From positions 41,292,001 to 41,356,000 of the forward strand of contig OX597831.1 of NCBI GenBank assembly GCA_951406725.2: a stretch of 64,000 nt of DNA, written 5' to 3'. The first letter of the stretch is position 1. Every line of letters starts with the position of its first letter. The stretch comes from Octopus vulgaris. Taxonomy: Eukaryota. A program made the position numbers and the translations under genes. This document shows, piece by piece, positions 22,265 through 36,499 of this stretch. The notes under the pieces were generated by a model. It had not been told where the DNA came from, searched no databases, and saw nothing but the letters and a program-made list of their open reading frames with translations.

Positions 22265-23854
22265 CTGCAAAGAATGCATAAATTTATTTTAATTCACGAA
22301 GACAGAGAAAGACAACCAGAGAGACAAGGAAGGCAAGAGATACTACTAAACTATTTCATATAAAAAAAATACAACCTAAATATCCACGCAGTGCCAAAAG
22401 AAACCTAAACAGCCATTGCACCCATTTTCCACCACTATACTTCTTTAAAAAAAGAATTTGTGTATCTTCTTCAACTCTATAATGTTTGTATTTACGTGGT
22501 CTTAAGGTTTCCCCAACCCATGCCAGCATGGGTTGGACAGTTTGGCAGAAGCTGTACCAGACTTCAATTGACTGTTTTGGCAGGATTTCTACGGCTGGTT
22601 GCCATTCCTAATGCCAACTACTTTACAGAGTGTATTGGGCGCTTTTTCTACTTGGTACCAGCATAGGTGCTTTATACATGACACTAGCATGGGTGCTTTC
22701 TATGTGGAACCAAAAAAATACCAAGGAAGATGTAAGGTCAGATTTCAAAAGCACAAGATTGCAGTTATTTTGGGTGGAATTGCACTACTAAGGTTTTACA
22801 ACTAGGTTGTCTGGAGTGCTATGAGACGCTTAAACTATCTTCCTACAACTCTGAAAAGACCAATGGGATCCTAAAAGAAAAAAATTTTAATGTATGTTCA
22901 CTTCACATCTAGGTTCAGTCTTAAACAAAGGCCTAACATAGCCTGGAAGGATGAAAGACAAATTGACCTCAGCAGAATTTGAACTCGGATCATAAAGACA
23001 GATAAAATGCCGTAGAGCATATTGTCCAGCAGTCTAATGATTCTGCCAGCTTACCAGCTTGTAATATTGTATTGCTTCTTATATCAACATATAAACTTCT
23101 ACACTGTGGTAACATACAATATTCAGAAGCGAAACAGCTATACTGCATAAAATTCAAGTCTCTCCACAAGCAATGAAGTAGTACTATTAACTGAAGTTTT
23201 GATCACATGATAACTCATAGGAGCTAAAGAAAGTGTCAGATTTCTTGATCCTGAATACTTCCAGTTAATTCCAAGATCTGCTTAGTATTATGTTCCTGCT
23301 TATAGAACTATTTTATTGGTGCCAGCATGGATAATTGACATGAAATGATGAAGATGATGGTTTAATTTAATTGCTTTGGAAATTTCTTACACTGACTAAT
23401 CATAAAACATTCTGCAATTATTAATAGTAACTGTTGATATGCAATTTTAATTTTTAAAATAATAATAATTCGAAAGATTTTTTTTTCTTTCATTTATTCA
23501 ACAGTAAATGCTGAAGATAAATTTTCAGGTTTTTCTCTCTCAATCTGCTGAGAGAAAATGTTTCAATTTTAGTATAGATCATACAGACAGTGTTTCTGAT
23601 TTTAAAAGTGAAGTTGAAGAGGAAAAAATTTACAGAACCAAACAAAGCCATCAATGCCATGTCATAATAAGTTCCAAGGACCCTACACAAAAATTAGGAA
23701 GAGGATACACAAAAAAAATGTAAATTGTTTTAATATACTTTTTCCCAGCAGTATTCCCAATGATGAAAACAGGCAATGTTGTTCAGAAGCAAGTTACACG
23801 TTAAACATATATACCATGTACCACACAGAATATCGTAACGAGAGAAACACTTAC

Positions 23855-24020
23855 CTTTGAGGTGTTCAGGAATAGTGTCTTCATCTATCATGCCACCTTC
23901 CATTAGGTGAGTCAAATCTTGTGGCAATTTTTCCCAAGGAATGTAAGTTACACCCAATTCAGCATCCCACATATCTTTGTATTCTGCATCCTTTACACCT
24001 ATCCCAGGAGCCCAAGCAAC
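23855..24020 (-). CDS. SCAF8: SCAF4/8 exon, RRM end and extension (VAWAPGIGVKD...GVTYIPWEK...EHLK)
   Basis: 166 nt; ctttAG / G|GTaagt; conserved WD.ELGVTYIPW and EGGMID; phases 0/1. Confidence 0.96.
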
Positions 24021-24161
24021 CTAAAGGAAAAGCAGGCAGGAAGACAAAACAGACATTATTAGCTATTCCATGAATTAACTGCTACCACTAATGACAGAAG
24101 TAACGAAAAGAGGAGAAGAAAAAGAAACAAATAAATAAATAAATAAATAAATAAATCTTAC

Positions 24162-24269
24162 TTTTAACTGGTTAGAATGTATTTTCACTCCCTTCAATTT
24201 TTCCACAGCTTTAGGAGCATCTTTTCTCCTTGCCATACATACAAAAGCACATCCTCGGGGAGGAATCAT
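24162..24269 (-). CDS. SCAF8: SCAF4/8 RRM exon 2 (MIPPRGCAFVCM...SNQLK)
   Basis: 108 nt; ttccAG / AAA|GTaaga; RNP1-like RGCAFVCM. Confidence 0.96.
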
Positions 24270-25135
24270 CTGGAAAAGAAACAACGATAACCTTTTAGCA
24301 TTCAGATTACTTTGCCACATGTAAGTGGCAATCCATAACTTACAAAGACAAGTGTACCAGTTGATCTGATCAATGAAACAGCCTGCACATGAAATTAATG
24401 TGCAAGTGGCTGAGCACTCCACAGACACACGTACCCCTAACATATTTCTCAAAGAGATTCAACGCAACACAGAATGTAACATGGCTGGCCCTTTCAAATA
24501 CAGGTACAACTTATTCAAGGACACAACATGCCACTAGGTATCGAACTTACAACCTTATGATCGTGAGTCGAATACCCTAACCACAAAGCCACGTGACTTC
24601 ATTCTGCCACCTGAGATGCTCTTTTATTCACATGGGGTTAGTTAGCTTCAAGAGTTCAATGATGGTAAAGTTTATTTTTCGAATGACATTGTAGGGTAGT
24701 TGTGAGAGGCAGGATCTGGCTGGTTAGAACAAAACAGAATATTTCAGCCAGAGATGGTCACTTTAAAAGCTGAAGATTTAAAACTCCAAGCATTCAATAA
24801 GCAAAGATTGTTAAAAAAAAAAAAAAAAAAAAAACAATAGGTTATCTTCCTCACAGCTCTTGAATTGAGGTTCAGAGATCCTGCCCTAGACCTACATTTG
24901 AGAATAACCAGCCAAATGAAGATGGGCCAACCAAAGTTAGATTTCATTTTTCTATAGATTACAGTGACATCAAGCAGGTCATTTGTGGATTATTAATTGA
25001 TTAGTCAATACAATGGCCTTAATGAGAACTGTCTAGAGTTAATCATCAAGAACTAATGAGTAACATATAAACCAATGAAAGATTAATTACTAAACCATTT
25101 ATCATTCATGATTGGAGAGTAAAAAGGAAAAAAAG

Positions 25136-25368
25136 TTAACCCTTTTTGAAACCAACATGTCTGAGATGGCCCTTGATACTCTTCCATTATACAAACTTGC
25201 TCTTTTAAAATGATTTAAATTAAGACCTTCCATCAAAAGTGCAGGTTAATTTTTGATCCAAACACCAGCTTATTAATGAAAAGGTGTATTTATTGAATTC
25301 TTTATTTTCAAACTTAATGGAAACAAAAGTAATGAATTTCAACAGAAATGTGGTAACAAAAGGGTTAA
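25136..25368. mobile_element. Second piggyBac-like MITE family
   Basis: TTAA|CCCttttt...aacaaaaGGG|TTAA; second copy at 63301-63520. Confidence 0.72.
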
Positions 25369-26922
25369 ATGAAAGAAGTAACAATCTGTTAGCTTAACAA
25401 TGGTGATATAGTATACCATCAGTCAGCTACAAAGAGGGAAAGATAGAGTTAAGAAAGAAAGCAGCATGTTTTTTATTTCTTTACAGCCCAAAAGGGGCTA
25501 CACACAGAGGGGACAAGCAAGGACAGACAAACGGATTAAGTCGATTATATCGACCCCAGTGCGTAACTGGTACTTATTTAATCTACCCCAAAAGGATGAA
25601 AGGCAAAGTCAACCTTAGTGGAATTTGAACCCAGAACGTAGCAGCAGGCAAAATACCTATTTCTTTATTACCCACAGGGGGCTAAATACAGAGAGGACAA
25701 ACAAGGACAGACAAACAGATTAAGTCGATTATATTGAGCCCAGAGCATAACTGGTACTTATTTAATCGACCCCGAAAGGATGAAAGGCAAAGTCGACCTC
25801 AGCTGAATTCGAACTCATAATATAACAGCAGATGAAATACCGCTAAGCATTTCGCCCAGCGTACTAACGTTTTTGCCAGCTTGCCGCCTTCAAATAGAAA
25901 GCAGCATGTTTTTATGTGGAACTGTTCCTGTCCTCACAGCAGCTGACAACAGAACAGATAAAAGCCAAAAGCAACTTCGTGGTGGAAGTGTCAATCTGAA
26001 TGAAAAATTATGTATGCTCGGGGATTCTCCGCCCATCACCTTTATCGTAGTGCTGAGATCAGATTTTTTTTCTCAGGCTGTAATTAATAAGCTCACAAAG
26101 CAATCATATGAACTGGGGTTCAGTCTAACTGCATGGCATCTTGTTTTCTCCTACAACCAATGCCTTGAGTGATGGAAACTGTGCAGAAACCTGTTTTGTG
26201 TGTGTGTGTCTTTGTGCTTGTCTCCCACCATTGCTGCTTGATGGTGGTAGTTTGTTTACATCTCTGTATTTTAGCAATTTGACAAAAGACACCAACAAAC
26301 TAGGTACCTGATCACAAAGACAATGGGGACCCTGCATAGGGCCACTGTCCAATGACTGAAGCAAATGAAGAGCAAATGGCTGTTAAATACCAGGAGGTGA
26401 TATTTAACATACAACAACCCCCATGGGTCTTCACATATAATAATCCTTTTCTCTACAGGAACAAGGCCTGAAATTTGGGGGAGGGGGATAATCAATTACA
26501 TTGACCCCCACCCGATACTCAGCTGGTATTTATTTTATCGACCCCAATAGGATGAAAGACAAAGACAACCTCAGCAGAATTTGAACTCAGAATGTGAAGA
26601 TGGTCAAAATACCACCAAACATTTCACCCAGCAGGCTAACAATTCTGCCAGCTCGATGCCTTAATAATAGTAATCCTTTCTGTTATAGGCACAAAGCCTG
26701 AAATAATTTGGGGAGGGTGTCGATTAGATCGACCCCAGTATGCAACTGGTACTTAATTTATCGACTATGAAAGGATGAAAGGCAAAGTCGACCTCAGTGG
26801 AATTTGAACTCAGAACATAAAGACAGGTGAAATGCCGCTAAGCACTTTGTACAGCATGTTAAAGATTCTGTCAGCTCGCCTTATTATTATTATTATTAAT
26901 AATAATAATGTAGTCTACTTAC

Positions 26923-27023
26923 ATTTATGCTTTCCACAGCACCATACTTTTCTATTTCTAATCGCAGTTCATCTTCAGAAGTAACTTTGGCTATATGACC
27001 CAGCCATATAGTTCTTGTACACA
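26923..27023 (-). CDS. SCAF8: SCAF4/8 RRM exon 1 (VCTRTIWLGHIAK...YGAVESIN)
   Basis: 101 nt; ttgtAG / AAT|GTaagt; RNP2-like IWLGHI; phases 1/0. Confidence 0.95.
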
Positions 27024-27170
27024 CTACAACAGAAATGCATCAGATTTAAACAAAGTGTTGTCTTCTTTTATTGTAAAAGCAAAGGTAAGAGGAAAATAGA
27101 AAAATAAAGATAGTTTCTGAATAAAATAAAGACAAAATGTAAACAGAATGTTGGTCCATGCCACGCTTAC

Positions 27171-27262
27171 CACTAAGGTGTCTCTCTTTAATGGATGGAA
27201 GCCCCTTTCTTCTGCGTTCCCGTTCTTTTTCTCGCTGGCGCTCCCTTTCTCTTTCCCGTGAT
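27171..27262 (-). CDS. SCAF8: SCAF4/8 exon (SRERERERQREKERERRRKGLPSIKERHLS)
   Basis: 92 nt; attcAG / G|GTaagc; family motif REKERxKKGLP; phases 2/1. Confidence 0.95.
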
Positions 27263-28244
27263 CTGAATAACAAAAAATCGTGAGTTATGCTAATAAATTA
27301 CTGGTACTTTCTTCAATTTTGAAAAAAATCAATGAGGTATTACACAAAAGCAAAGTATAAATTTTGGTAAGTTTTTACACTAAGTAACAAACACGAACAC
27401 TTTCCATTTTATTATCATCATTACTGTCAGGCTGAGTCTGCCACAGACTAACATGCCATGGTTTACCATCAAATTGTATTTTATGTAATAGATCTAATAG
27501 CCTTCTTTTATCCCCTTCTACTTTATGTAAACATGTCAGACAACACATCTCTAAGCATTTCCTCACCAACATTAAGTATCCACAGCAGCACAGTTATCTC
27601 CCTTGGATATCTTTTTTTTATATTTCTTTTTTTTTTTGCTTACATATTGCTCAAATTCATACTTCACATCCATCCAATAGATCAAATTTAGCCTTACAAA
27701 GTGATATCAAATGTTCCTGAACTAGTTTATGTCTAATAAAAAATAATTTATTTACGTAAGTTTTAATATCATCTCCTTCGAAATGGCCACCTTGTGCAAC
27801 AATACACCAGCCTCATAAAAGTCACTGTAAGCTCTCACTGTGCACAAAAACCATGTGTTGCCACCTGTCGGCACGCTACAGAACTAGTCTGGAAACTTTT
27901 TGATATAGCTTTATACATGCATATGTTTTTATATATCCTCTCAAATTACTGCCTAATTCTCAACACAGCAATCCCCTGTGTTACAGGAAAGTTGCATTCT
28001 TGAAAGCTTTGTCCTAATGATCAAATTCCGTTATACAAAATCTAATTTCCTATTCAGTACCAAGTTATGAATGGCAAATCAGTTCCATGAAACTTTTCTT
28101 TTAATATAATTCAGTAACCATAACCAGAGTTTCTATAATGCTGGGAATCTTTCTATCATGAAACAAAGGAGAAAGTCTTTACAAAAAAAACTAACTTCAC
28201 AATCTAAAATAAAATATTTATTATTAATTTCAATAGCAAATATA

Positions 28245-28485
28245 TTGAGACCCCCTTCGGTCATGACTGACCCTGGGATTGCACCTAGAAAGTTACCCTC
28301 CCAGGCACAAATCCGGGCAAGGTTGTTTATGGAAGACCAGCAGTCGCACATGTATACCGGCCTCTCCTCTTCACGCCACCAGTGTTATCCAAGGGAAAGC
28401 AACAGCAGATACAGCTTGGCACCTGTGACATTGCAACTCATTTCTACAGCTGAGTGAACTGGAGCAACATGAAATAAAGTGTCTA
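28245..28485 (-). mobile_element. SINE-like repeat, family D
   Basis: Shares actttatttcatgttgctccagt.ca.tcagctg with 56204-56330 (+) and about 4235-4330 (-). Confidence 0.6.
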
Positions 28486-28896
28486 ATAGCAAATAACTAT
28501 CATAGTATAGAAATTAATTTACTGTATTTGATGACATTAAAGATGCAGAGGTATACTAGATGCAGTCCAATTCAGGAAAAAGCAAGCATCAGGAACAAAC
28601 TTATTTGAGAGGCCAACTTTGCATATAGGGCTTGGGGTGATTTTTTTGAGACATTTTTTTCTTATTTTGTAGGTGAGTGCATTCCATCGTATGCCATCAA
28701 AACCAGTAGCAAGAAGAAAAGAGTGATACAAAAACCACAAATGAAGTGATATAGAAGTCACAGATGTAGAAAATGTACTGTGTTGGCAAGCATACTGGAT
28801 ATAGTCATCTACAGTCCTGAAGTTGGTATGTCAACATGGCTATACAGACCAATAACTGAAACCAATAAAAAGAAAAGATAAAACAACAACAATTAC

Positions 28897-29028
28897 CTTG
28901 AACGCTTGCGCCGATCTCTGTCTCTTTCTCTGTCACTTCGATCCCTGTCTCGGTCACGATCTCGAGAACGAGATCGTCTCCGCCTCTCCCGAGATCTTGA
29001 CCTAGATCTCTTCTTGCGTCGAGGTGAT
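28897..29028 (-). CDS. SCAF8: SCAF4/8 RS-domain exon (SPRRKKRSRSRSRERRRRSRSRDRDR...KRS)
   Basis: 132 nt; tgttAG / AG|GTaatt; RS/RD dipeptides; phases 2/2. Confidence 0.94.
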
Positions 29029-29738
29029 CTAACAAAAGGAAAAGAAACGATATATGTATACTGTTAACTACTAACAACTGACACAATGTTTAAGTCCATA
29101 TCTTTGACAAATGTCCCTAATCAAGAACATTTCAGAGACTCTTAGCAGTAACATCACATACAAACATAGTCTGCCACAATATAGCTGACACGGTTCTGAG
29201 CCCAGTAAGCATAACTTTACTTCATTTCCCATTCTTAATGCTCTGATGCTCATTTCATTCTCTCTTTTTGTGAAATATGAACAAAATAAATTTAAGCCCC
29301 CATATTTTTAAGCTAAGGAAGAAACACTCAAATTTTGTAGTGAAGATAAGACATAGCCGAGTGGTTTCAAAGCTTGCTTCCCAAATGTTTGTCATCTTTG
29401 GCAAGTGTCTTCTACCAGAGGCACGGGCTGACCAGTGTCGTCATACAAGTGGTATCCATTTCCTATCTTTCATTAAAAGCATTTGGTCATGGGGAAATAT
29501 TGCCTTGCTTCAAAATAGGTATGGATTGGCAACTGGAAGGGCAGCCAACAGTAGAAAATTTGCCTCAATTGAATTACATCTGACTTATACACGCATGGAA
29601 AAGAGAGCTTTAAAATGAAGACGATAAAAATTTAAGATAGAGGCATTTGAAACAATTTCATGGCCAAAACCATAACAGCACTCAGTCAACTAAGCTAAGA
29701 TGACTGGGCAGTTAACAAAGACCAGCAAATTCTGATTA

Positions 29739-30250
29739 CCGTAAATCCTTGAGTATAGTCCGCCCTTGAGTATAATACGCAGGGGATTTTTAGGAGGCTG
29801 TACCTCTAAAAAACCTAAACCTTGTGTATAATATGCACCCTTTCTCTAACTTGAGTCAAGGAGGTCTATATAACATCCTTGGTTTGTAAAAATGTATACA
29901 GTAACGTCCTTTATTATTATTGTATATATAACATAATGCAAACGTGTAGCTTTTTTGTGCATTTTGTTTGCAGAAAATAAAGTAATAACAGTAATAACAT
30001 TTAATAAATGTTGCTTACTGCAAGTTATGGACGATTCTTTTATGACTTCATTGCTTTAAGGCTTAGCTTAAGGTATTTTTGCACCCGACATCACAAAATG
30101 TGTCTGAATAAACAGTGCCGGATAGCAAATAGAGACTCGGACATTGCTTAGAAAATAATTTTCATTTTTAACCTCGTATATAGTACACACTAGGTATTTT
30201 GACCTTTAAGTTTTGGGGGGAAAATGCGGATTATACTCGAGGATTTACGG
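29739..30250. mobile_element. Tc1/mariner(pogo)-type non-autonomous DNA transposon
   Basis: TA|ccgtaaatccttgagtatagtccgc ... gcggattatactcgaggatttacgg|TA; TIRs plus TA TSD. Confidence 0.85.
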
Positions 30251-30259
30251 TACTTGGCT

Positions 30260-30960
30260 TCATCATCATCGTTTAACGTCTGCTTTCCATGTTAGTATGG
30301 GTTGGACAATTTGACTGAGGACTGGCAAACCAGATGGCTGCACCAGACTCCAACCTTCATCTGGCAGAGTTTCTACAGCTGGAGAGTGTAGTGGGTGCTT
30401 TTACATGTCACTGGCACGAGGGCCAGTCAGGCGGTACTAGCAATGGCCATGCTCAAATGGTGTTTTTTACATGCCACCTGCACAGGAGCCAGTCCAGTGG
30501 CACTGGCAATGACCTCGCTCAAATGTTTTTTCACGTGCCAGTAAGGCGACACTGGTAACGATCACGCTTGAATGGTGCTTTTAATGTGCCACTGGCACGG
30601 AAGCCAGTTAGCTGCTCTGGCAACAATCATGCTCGGATGGTGCTCTTAGCACTCCACTAGCACGGATGCCAGTCATCGAATTTGATTTTGATTTCACTTG
30701 CCTCAACAGGTCTTTGTAAGCAGAGTTTAGTGTCCAATGAAGGAAAAGTACACATAAGTGGGCTGGTTACACCCCTGGCATAGGCCACGAGGTTATGGTC
30801 TCACTTGGCTTGCCAGGTCTTCTCAAGCACAGCATATTTCCAAAAATCTCAGTCACTGGTCATTGCTTCAGCGAGACCTAATATTCGAAGGCTATGCTTC
30901 ACCACTTCATCCCAGGTCTTCCTGGGTCTACCTCTTCCACAGGTTCCCTTAATCGCTAGG
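30260..30960 (-). mobile_element. Retroelement 3' fragment with (GAT)n tail and internal tandem subrepeats
   Basis: catcatcatcgtttaacgtc.gctttccatg.tag.atgggttgga end shared by many copies (32030, 34695, 44240, 48780, 58040-58385). Confidence 0.7.
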
Positions 30961-31671
30961 GTGTGTTAGGATATTGGATAATTAACCTTCAACAGTTCTC
31001 CATAATGAACCAGAAGAATATTTATATATGATTAATTCACCCGGTCTTTTGGGTTTGACCAAGACAAACAACTAATCAATAACAAAGATGAGTTTTGTCC
31101 TCCACCACTTCAAAGTTGAATGGTTGCCAATAGAAAGCTCATCAAACTGTAAACATAATTACTCAAACAAACTCCACCAACTCATGCTAGCATAGAAAAG
31201 AAAAAATATGAATGTAAAATAACTACGACCAAAGAATCTCTACACAGTCACTCAACCCACTAGAACTAACAACCAATTCACCCCTTAATTGATAATGTCT
31301 GTCTTAAAATACAATCGACAATGTCATTAAATGAGATAGGCCGGTCATAGTTGGAACTATTTGTGCAGATGTCTCAAATTAAAGAAACATCCGACCTACA
31401 CTCATACATCAAAACACATATATCTGAATAAAAGGTAGCATGGTCCCAGGTGGAACAATATTAGATCTGCTGAATCAGGGTAGATCTAGGAGCCAACTAA
31501 CAAGGCCAACAAAAAAAAATAGAGAGAGAGAGAGAGAGAGAATTAAGGGGATCAAATATGAAGTATACAGCAGAGTTAAGTTGTTGTGACAATCAAATTG
31601 AAAGTACTCTGAAAGAAGTACTGACATAGAAAGCAATGTGAAAAAGGAAAGGAAACTATTGGTATACAAAC

Positions 31672-31970
31672 CTGGACCTTGATCGATCCCTGTTGCGAGA
31701 GGTTTTATGGATATCAGGCTGATCATCAATAACTATCACCTCGGCATTAGGCACATCGCCATAGTGACGGTCATGTCGGTTGTCCAATTCCATACGCTCT
31801 GAGAGATCATTCTGATTTGGTGGTGCTGGATATGGAGGTTCAGAAACATAGTAAGGCATTTGTGGATGCATTGGAGGGGGTTGGTTTTGGATTATTTGCG
31901 ACGGCGGGGGTGGCTGAGGTGGCATCTGCGGTGCCACAGGGATATGATGTTGAATTTGTGGAGGTGGCTC
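31672..31970 (-). CDS. SCAF8: SCAF4/8 Pro-rich exon (EPPPQIQHH...RNRDRSRS)
   Basis: 299 nt; ttttcAG / AG|GTttgt; phases 0/2. Confidence 0.92.
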
Positions 31971-32760
31971 CTGAAAACATGAAGACAGAAGGAAGTTATA
32001 CTTTACAGCAAGTCAAAATATAAATAATCATCATCATCATCATTTAATGTTTGCAGTCCATGCTGGTATGGGTTGGACGGCTTGACCAGGGCAGGTAAGC
32101 TGAGGGGCTGCACCAGACTCCAGTTTGATTTGACATGGTTTCTACAGCTGGATCCCCTTTTTAACACCAACCACTCCAAGCGTAATGGGTACTTTTATGT
32201 TCCATCGGCATGGGTGTTAGTTGTGTGACACCAGTATTTGACACAACTAAGATTTCACTTGGCTTGATGGATCATCTTAAGTACAGCATATTGCCAAAGG
32301 TCTTGGTCATTTGTCATTACCTCTCTGAGGCCCTACACTCGAAAGGTGCTTTTTATATGCCAGCAGCAGGATTTGTTAACTCACATTAGTTAACTCACCT
32401 GGATGGTAAATGATGATGATAAACACATTTATACAATTCACAAGGTAGAGATCTGGTTATATTATCTATTGACTACTTCCTTGCATAAAAGTCAATCTCC
32501 AACAATTTGCAAATGTCTCAATCTACAGAAACAATCTACAACCCCTCTCTAAGCTAACAAAGAAATACATGATGTGTCTGAGTAAACGACACATGAAGGT
32601 CACAGTTGGAAAATCTGATCATATGTCTACAGGAGTAGAATTTACTCATGGCTAAACAACACAAACATTAAAAAAAAAAAAAGAAAAAAGAAAGACACCA
32701 CAGTCAATGGTGTTATTTTCATTCATCCATAAGCAATTAAAAGAAATCAATGTGACTCAC

Positions 32761-32929
32761 TTGACTTATCTGTTGATTAAACTCTTTCTCCTGCTGCTTC
32801 AGAAGTTGCTGCCGTATCTGTTCCTGCATGTTGAGTTCATTCTTTAGTTGTTCCGTCTTCTTGATGGTTTGAGACATTTGGTGGATCTGCTGCATAATTG
32901 TTGGATCATTCAAAATATTCTGGACATTC
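32761..32929 (-). CDS. SCAF8: SCAF4/8 exon (NVQNILNDPTIMQQIHQM...FNQQISQ)
   Basis: 169 nt, not in the ORF track; ttttcAG / CAA|GTgagt; open frame; phases 2/0. Confidence 0.9.
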
Positions 32930-33164
32930 CTGAAAAAGCAATATATAATAAATGCAATTATTCAAAATAATCCAAAAAAAAAAAAAGGTCAGCAGCTACA
33001 TTTCCTTAACAAATATTTGGTGCTTAAGGTGTTTACTTTCCAACCACATGCTTTTTGGGGAACCCAGTCCCACTGCACAGCTCCGCTAATCTAGCTCTGG
33101 GCAGACCAAAGCTACATAACTGGATTTGGTAGATGGAAACTGAAAGAAGCCTGTCATGGCTATT

Positions 33165-33555
33165 GGTGTGGCCACACTTGGAATTTGCATCACCAGTCTG
33201 GAACCCCTATCTTGCTCAAGACATTGACCTCCTGGAAACTGTTCAGAGATGTGCAACCAAGCAAATACCCTCCATCAGGCATCTACCATACTCAGCACCT
33301 TGCTTTCCTGGGCATAGATGCATTGAAGCTCCAATGTCTGGCAACTGACTTAGAAAACCCTCACAAAATTATTAACCATTGTGCGAACAACCAACTTCAG
33401 CACCATGTGTCTAACACACGTGGGCACGCCCACAAAGTCAGAAATCAACATAGCTCCCATGACTTTTAGAAACATTTTTTCACACTCAATGTTGCTGAAG
33501 CATGGAACAAACTACCTGCACCAGTTGTTAGTTGCCGAGACATTACATCCGTTAA
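33165..33555 (+). mobile_element. CR1/L2-type LINE ORF2 3' fragment
   Basis: Peptide PHLEFASPVWNPYLAQDIDLLETVQRCATK, then FF..VAEAWNKLP; frameshifted. Confidence 0.85.
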
Positions 33556-34450
33556 AATTTGGCACAAGGCCAGCAATTTCGTGGGAGGAGATATGTCAAT
33601 TATATCGACCCCGTTGCACAACTGGTACTTATTTTATCAACGCCACAAGGATGAAAAGCAAAGTCATCTACAGTAGAATTTGAACTCAGAACGTAAAGAC
33701 GGATGAAATGCCACTAAGTATTTTGCCCAGGGTGCTAATGACTCAGCAAGCTCACCACTTTGCTAATAGTGGCAACTGTCTTCATTTTGCATGTAAGAAA
33801 GAGGGCACAGGGAGTTGTGACATTCCTCTATCAAAAAGTGAAAAGAGACCTCTACAGCAGAGAAAGGGAATTACTGAGGTATTACTGATACAAAAATTTC
33901 AAAGAGTGAACCAAAAGGAAGGGGAAGAGAAATTCTTTCATAATATCAAGGATTTGGGGGTAACGTTGTGAAATGAAAAGTAGTGGAAATAGATTTTGAT
34001 TTGAAGAACTAAAGGAGAGTGAGAAGTGAAATAATGAGGTGAGTGAAAATAATGTAAAAAGCAGGAAGGAGTGAGAACATAAGAAGGAAATCAAACACCA
34101 ACTTTACAAATAAATATACAACAACAGATAATTGCAAGTCAAAAAAGCTAGGTTCTTGGTTTTAGAGGAATTGTTTAACTTCAAACTGCAGAAAGATGAA
34201 GATTATCGCACACAACAAAAGCCAAAGATTAACATAAAAGGAGAGAAGTGCTACTACACAAGATAAAACAGAGGCAAGGATTAATGAAAAAAAAAAAAAG
34301 AAGAAGTGAAAAATGATAAAATAAAAAAATAAAACAAGAAAATGTAGCAAAGCTCCAAGATGAAGGATTAAGAATTTCTGAAAAAAGCTAGAAATAAACT
34401 ACCATTTCTGAAAAGCACTACACTAAAATAAAAGAAAAGAAAGAACTTAC

Positions 34451-34527
34451 CCAGGGATGCCATCAGAGTTATCTTCATGCTTGTCTTCCTCATCATCACT
34501 TTCCCCATAATCAAAGTCCAGCAACTT
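34451..34527 (-). CDS. SCAF8: SCAF4/8 exon (KLLDFDYGESDDEEDKHEDNSDGIPG)
   Basis: 77 nt, not in the ORF track; cttcAG / GG|GTaagt; continues the family FNK-KLL.FDY motif; phases 0/2. Confidence 0.92.
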
Positions 34528-36499
34528 CTGAAGGGAATTTACAACATCAATTTAATAAACTATCAAAATATATATACATCAGTTAAACAAAAATAAAAGA
34601 TTTCCTGCCATAACACATAGTTCACTAAGAAGCCACACATTTCATACAATTCTCATAGTATTCTATTTAAAAACAGACTTCGTTATGTAGAATCATCATC
34701 ATCATCATTATTATTTAACGTCCATTTTCCATGCTGGCATGGGTTGGACCGTAGCAGAATAAGTCTCTATTTCATTTTCCTCATCACATAATGCCAGTTT
34801 CCCATGCTGGCATGGGTTGGATGGTTTGACAAGAGCTGACAAGCCCGAGAACTGTGCCAGACTCTAATATCTGATTTGGCATGGTTCCTATGGCCAGATA
34901 CCTTTCCTAATGCCAACCATTTTACAGAGTGTACTGGGTGCCTTTTACATGGCATCAACACTAACAAGGTTATCAAGCAACTTGCACAACAAGACCTCTC
35001 ACATGAGGAGAGAGTAGTGTACAGGGAGGTAGCTTTTGTCAGATGGTGGTAAAAGTACAACAGAGGAATAGAAACAGGTGTCTTGCTGGAGAGGAGATTC
35101 AATGGCTGCCACAATTGAAAAAAAAAAAACAGACAGAACCTGGTGTATGTGTTTTTATTGAGCAGAATTGGATCCAGAGTGGTATATTTAGTAGCCATAA
35201 ATGAATTGAATTTCATCAATAATTTTGACAACACCAGCTTCACCAGGATCAGTAAACCCTGCTAGGATTTCACCTCAAACCTGGCACAGACTAAAGAATG
35301 TCCAGTTATTTCTAATGCAATACTGTATTGGCTATTTCCACTAACCTCTCCAAGTAAGGTTTTCTTTATTTAGGATTAACACTAATCCATTAGCATTCAG
35401 ATTACTCTGTCAAGCATAATGCTTATTCATTCACATCATTTTGAATTGTTCATGCATTATCTCGTACCTTCAACATTTTAATGAATTGGGTGTTTATTTT
35501 AGAATGACATTGTAGGGGTGGTGTGAGTGGCCAAATCTGGCCAGACTGACCAGTAGAATATTTTGGGCCGTTATGGCCAGCTTAAATAGACACATGCTCA
35601 TAAACTTTGGATGAGGAGATAATTACATAAAACTCCTGAACTTAACTAGTACTTTTTTTTTTATCAACCAGAGAAAAACCAGGATTTGAATTCAGAACAT
35701 AAAGGGATCTTCGTCTTCACATCACCGAGGGCTCTAGCTCTATCAAAGAGATAAGACAAGGGGAAATTTGTCTGAGGAAGAGTAACCACACCAGCTAACC
35801 CTCCAGGAATTTTTGCAGCTACCAGTTTCAGAATATGTCTATATATGATCAGCTACAGCATATTCACTCAGCCATGTTTGCAGCAAATAGACCGCCTGAA
35901 CAATGGAATATATCAATAACCATAAGAAATGGAAAAGAAGGTCCAATCTGGTCAGACAAAAATAAATAACAAAAGTGATGCAAGTACATGACACCTCCAG
36001 AAACCTTTCAGAGATAGCTTCCTCTTTGCCCATTTAACTCTTTCAAGGTGGGTGGTACAAATAAAGTACCACTTATTTGCATCAGTTTAGTGAGCGTTGG
36101 TACAATTCTTTTCACTGCATGGTCAGCAGCTCTGAAAACGTACCACTTCATCTATGAGCCAATCAGAAGCTACACTTAGATCTGGCAACAATTTCTGCAA
36201 CACAAACGGAATATTTTTTCAGTTGAATCCATTTTGTGCCAAAGGTCAGTCAACGAAAAAACACGAGTACAAATTTTTGTTATAAATTTTGATCCCTCTG
36301 GAGTCTTTTTCTTTTGACCTATCTCACCCCTGAAAGACTTAAAGATGAGACTGGCTACCTAACTAGCATCCTCGTCCCAGTCCCTATCTACCTGTAGGTC
36401 TGTACCAAACAATTTTAACCAATCTGTCACTCAGCATCCAACAATACTGGTTGGCAGCATGAATTTTCCAAAGCTACAAATCCACTAACTTCTCAAAGG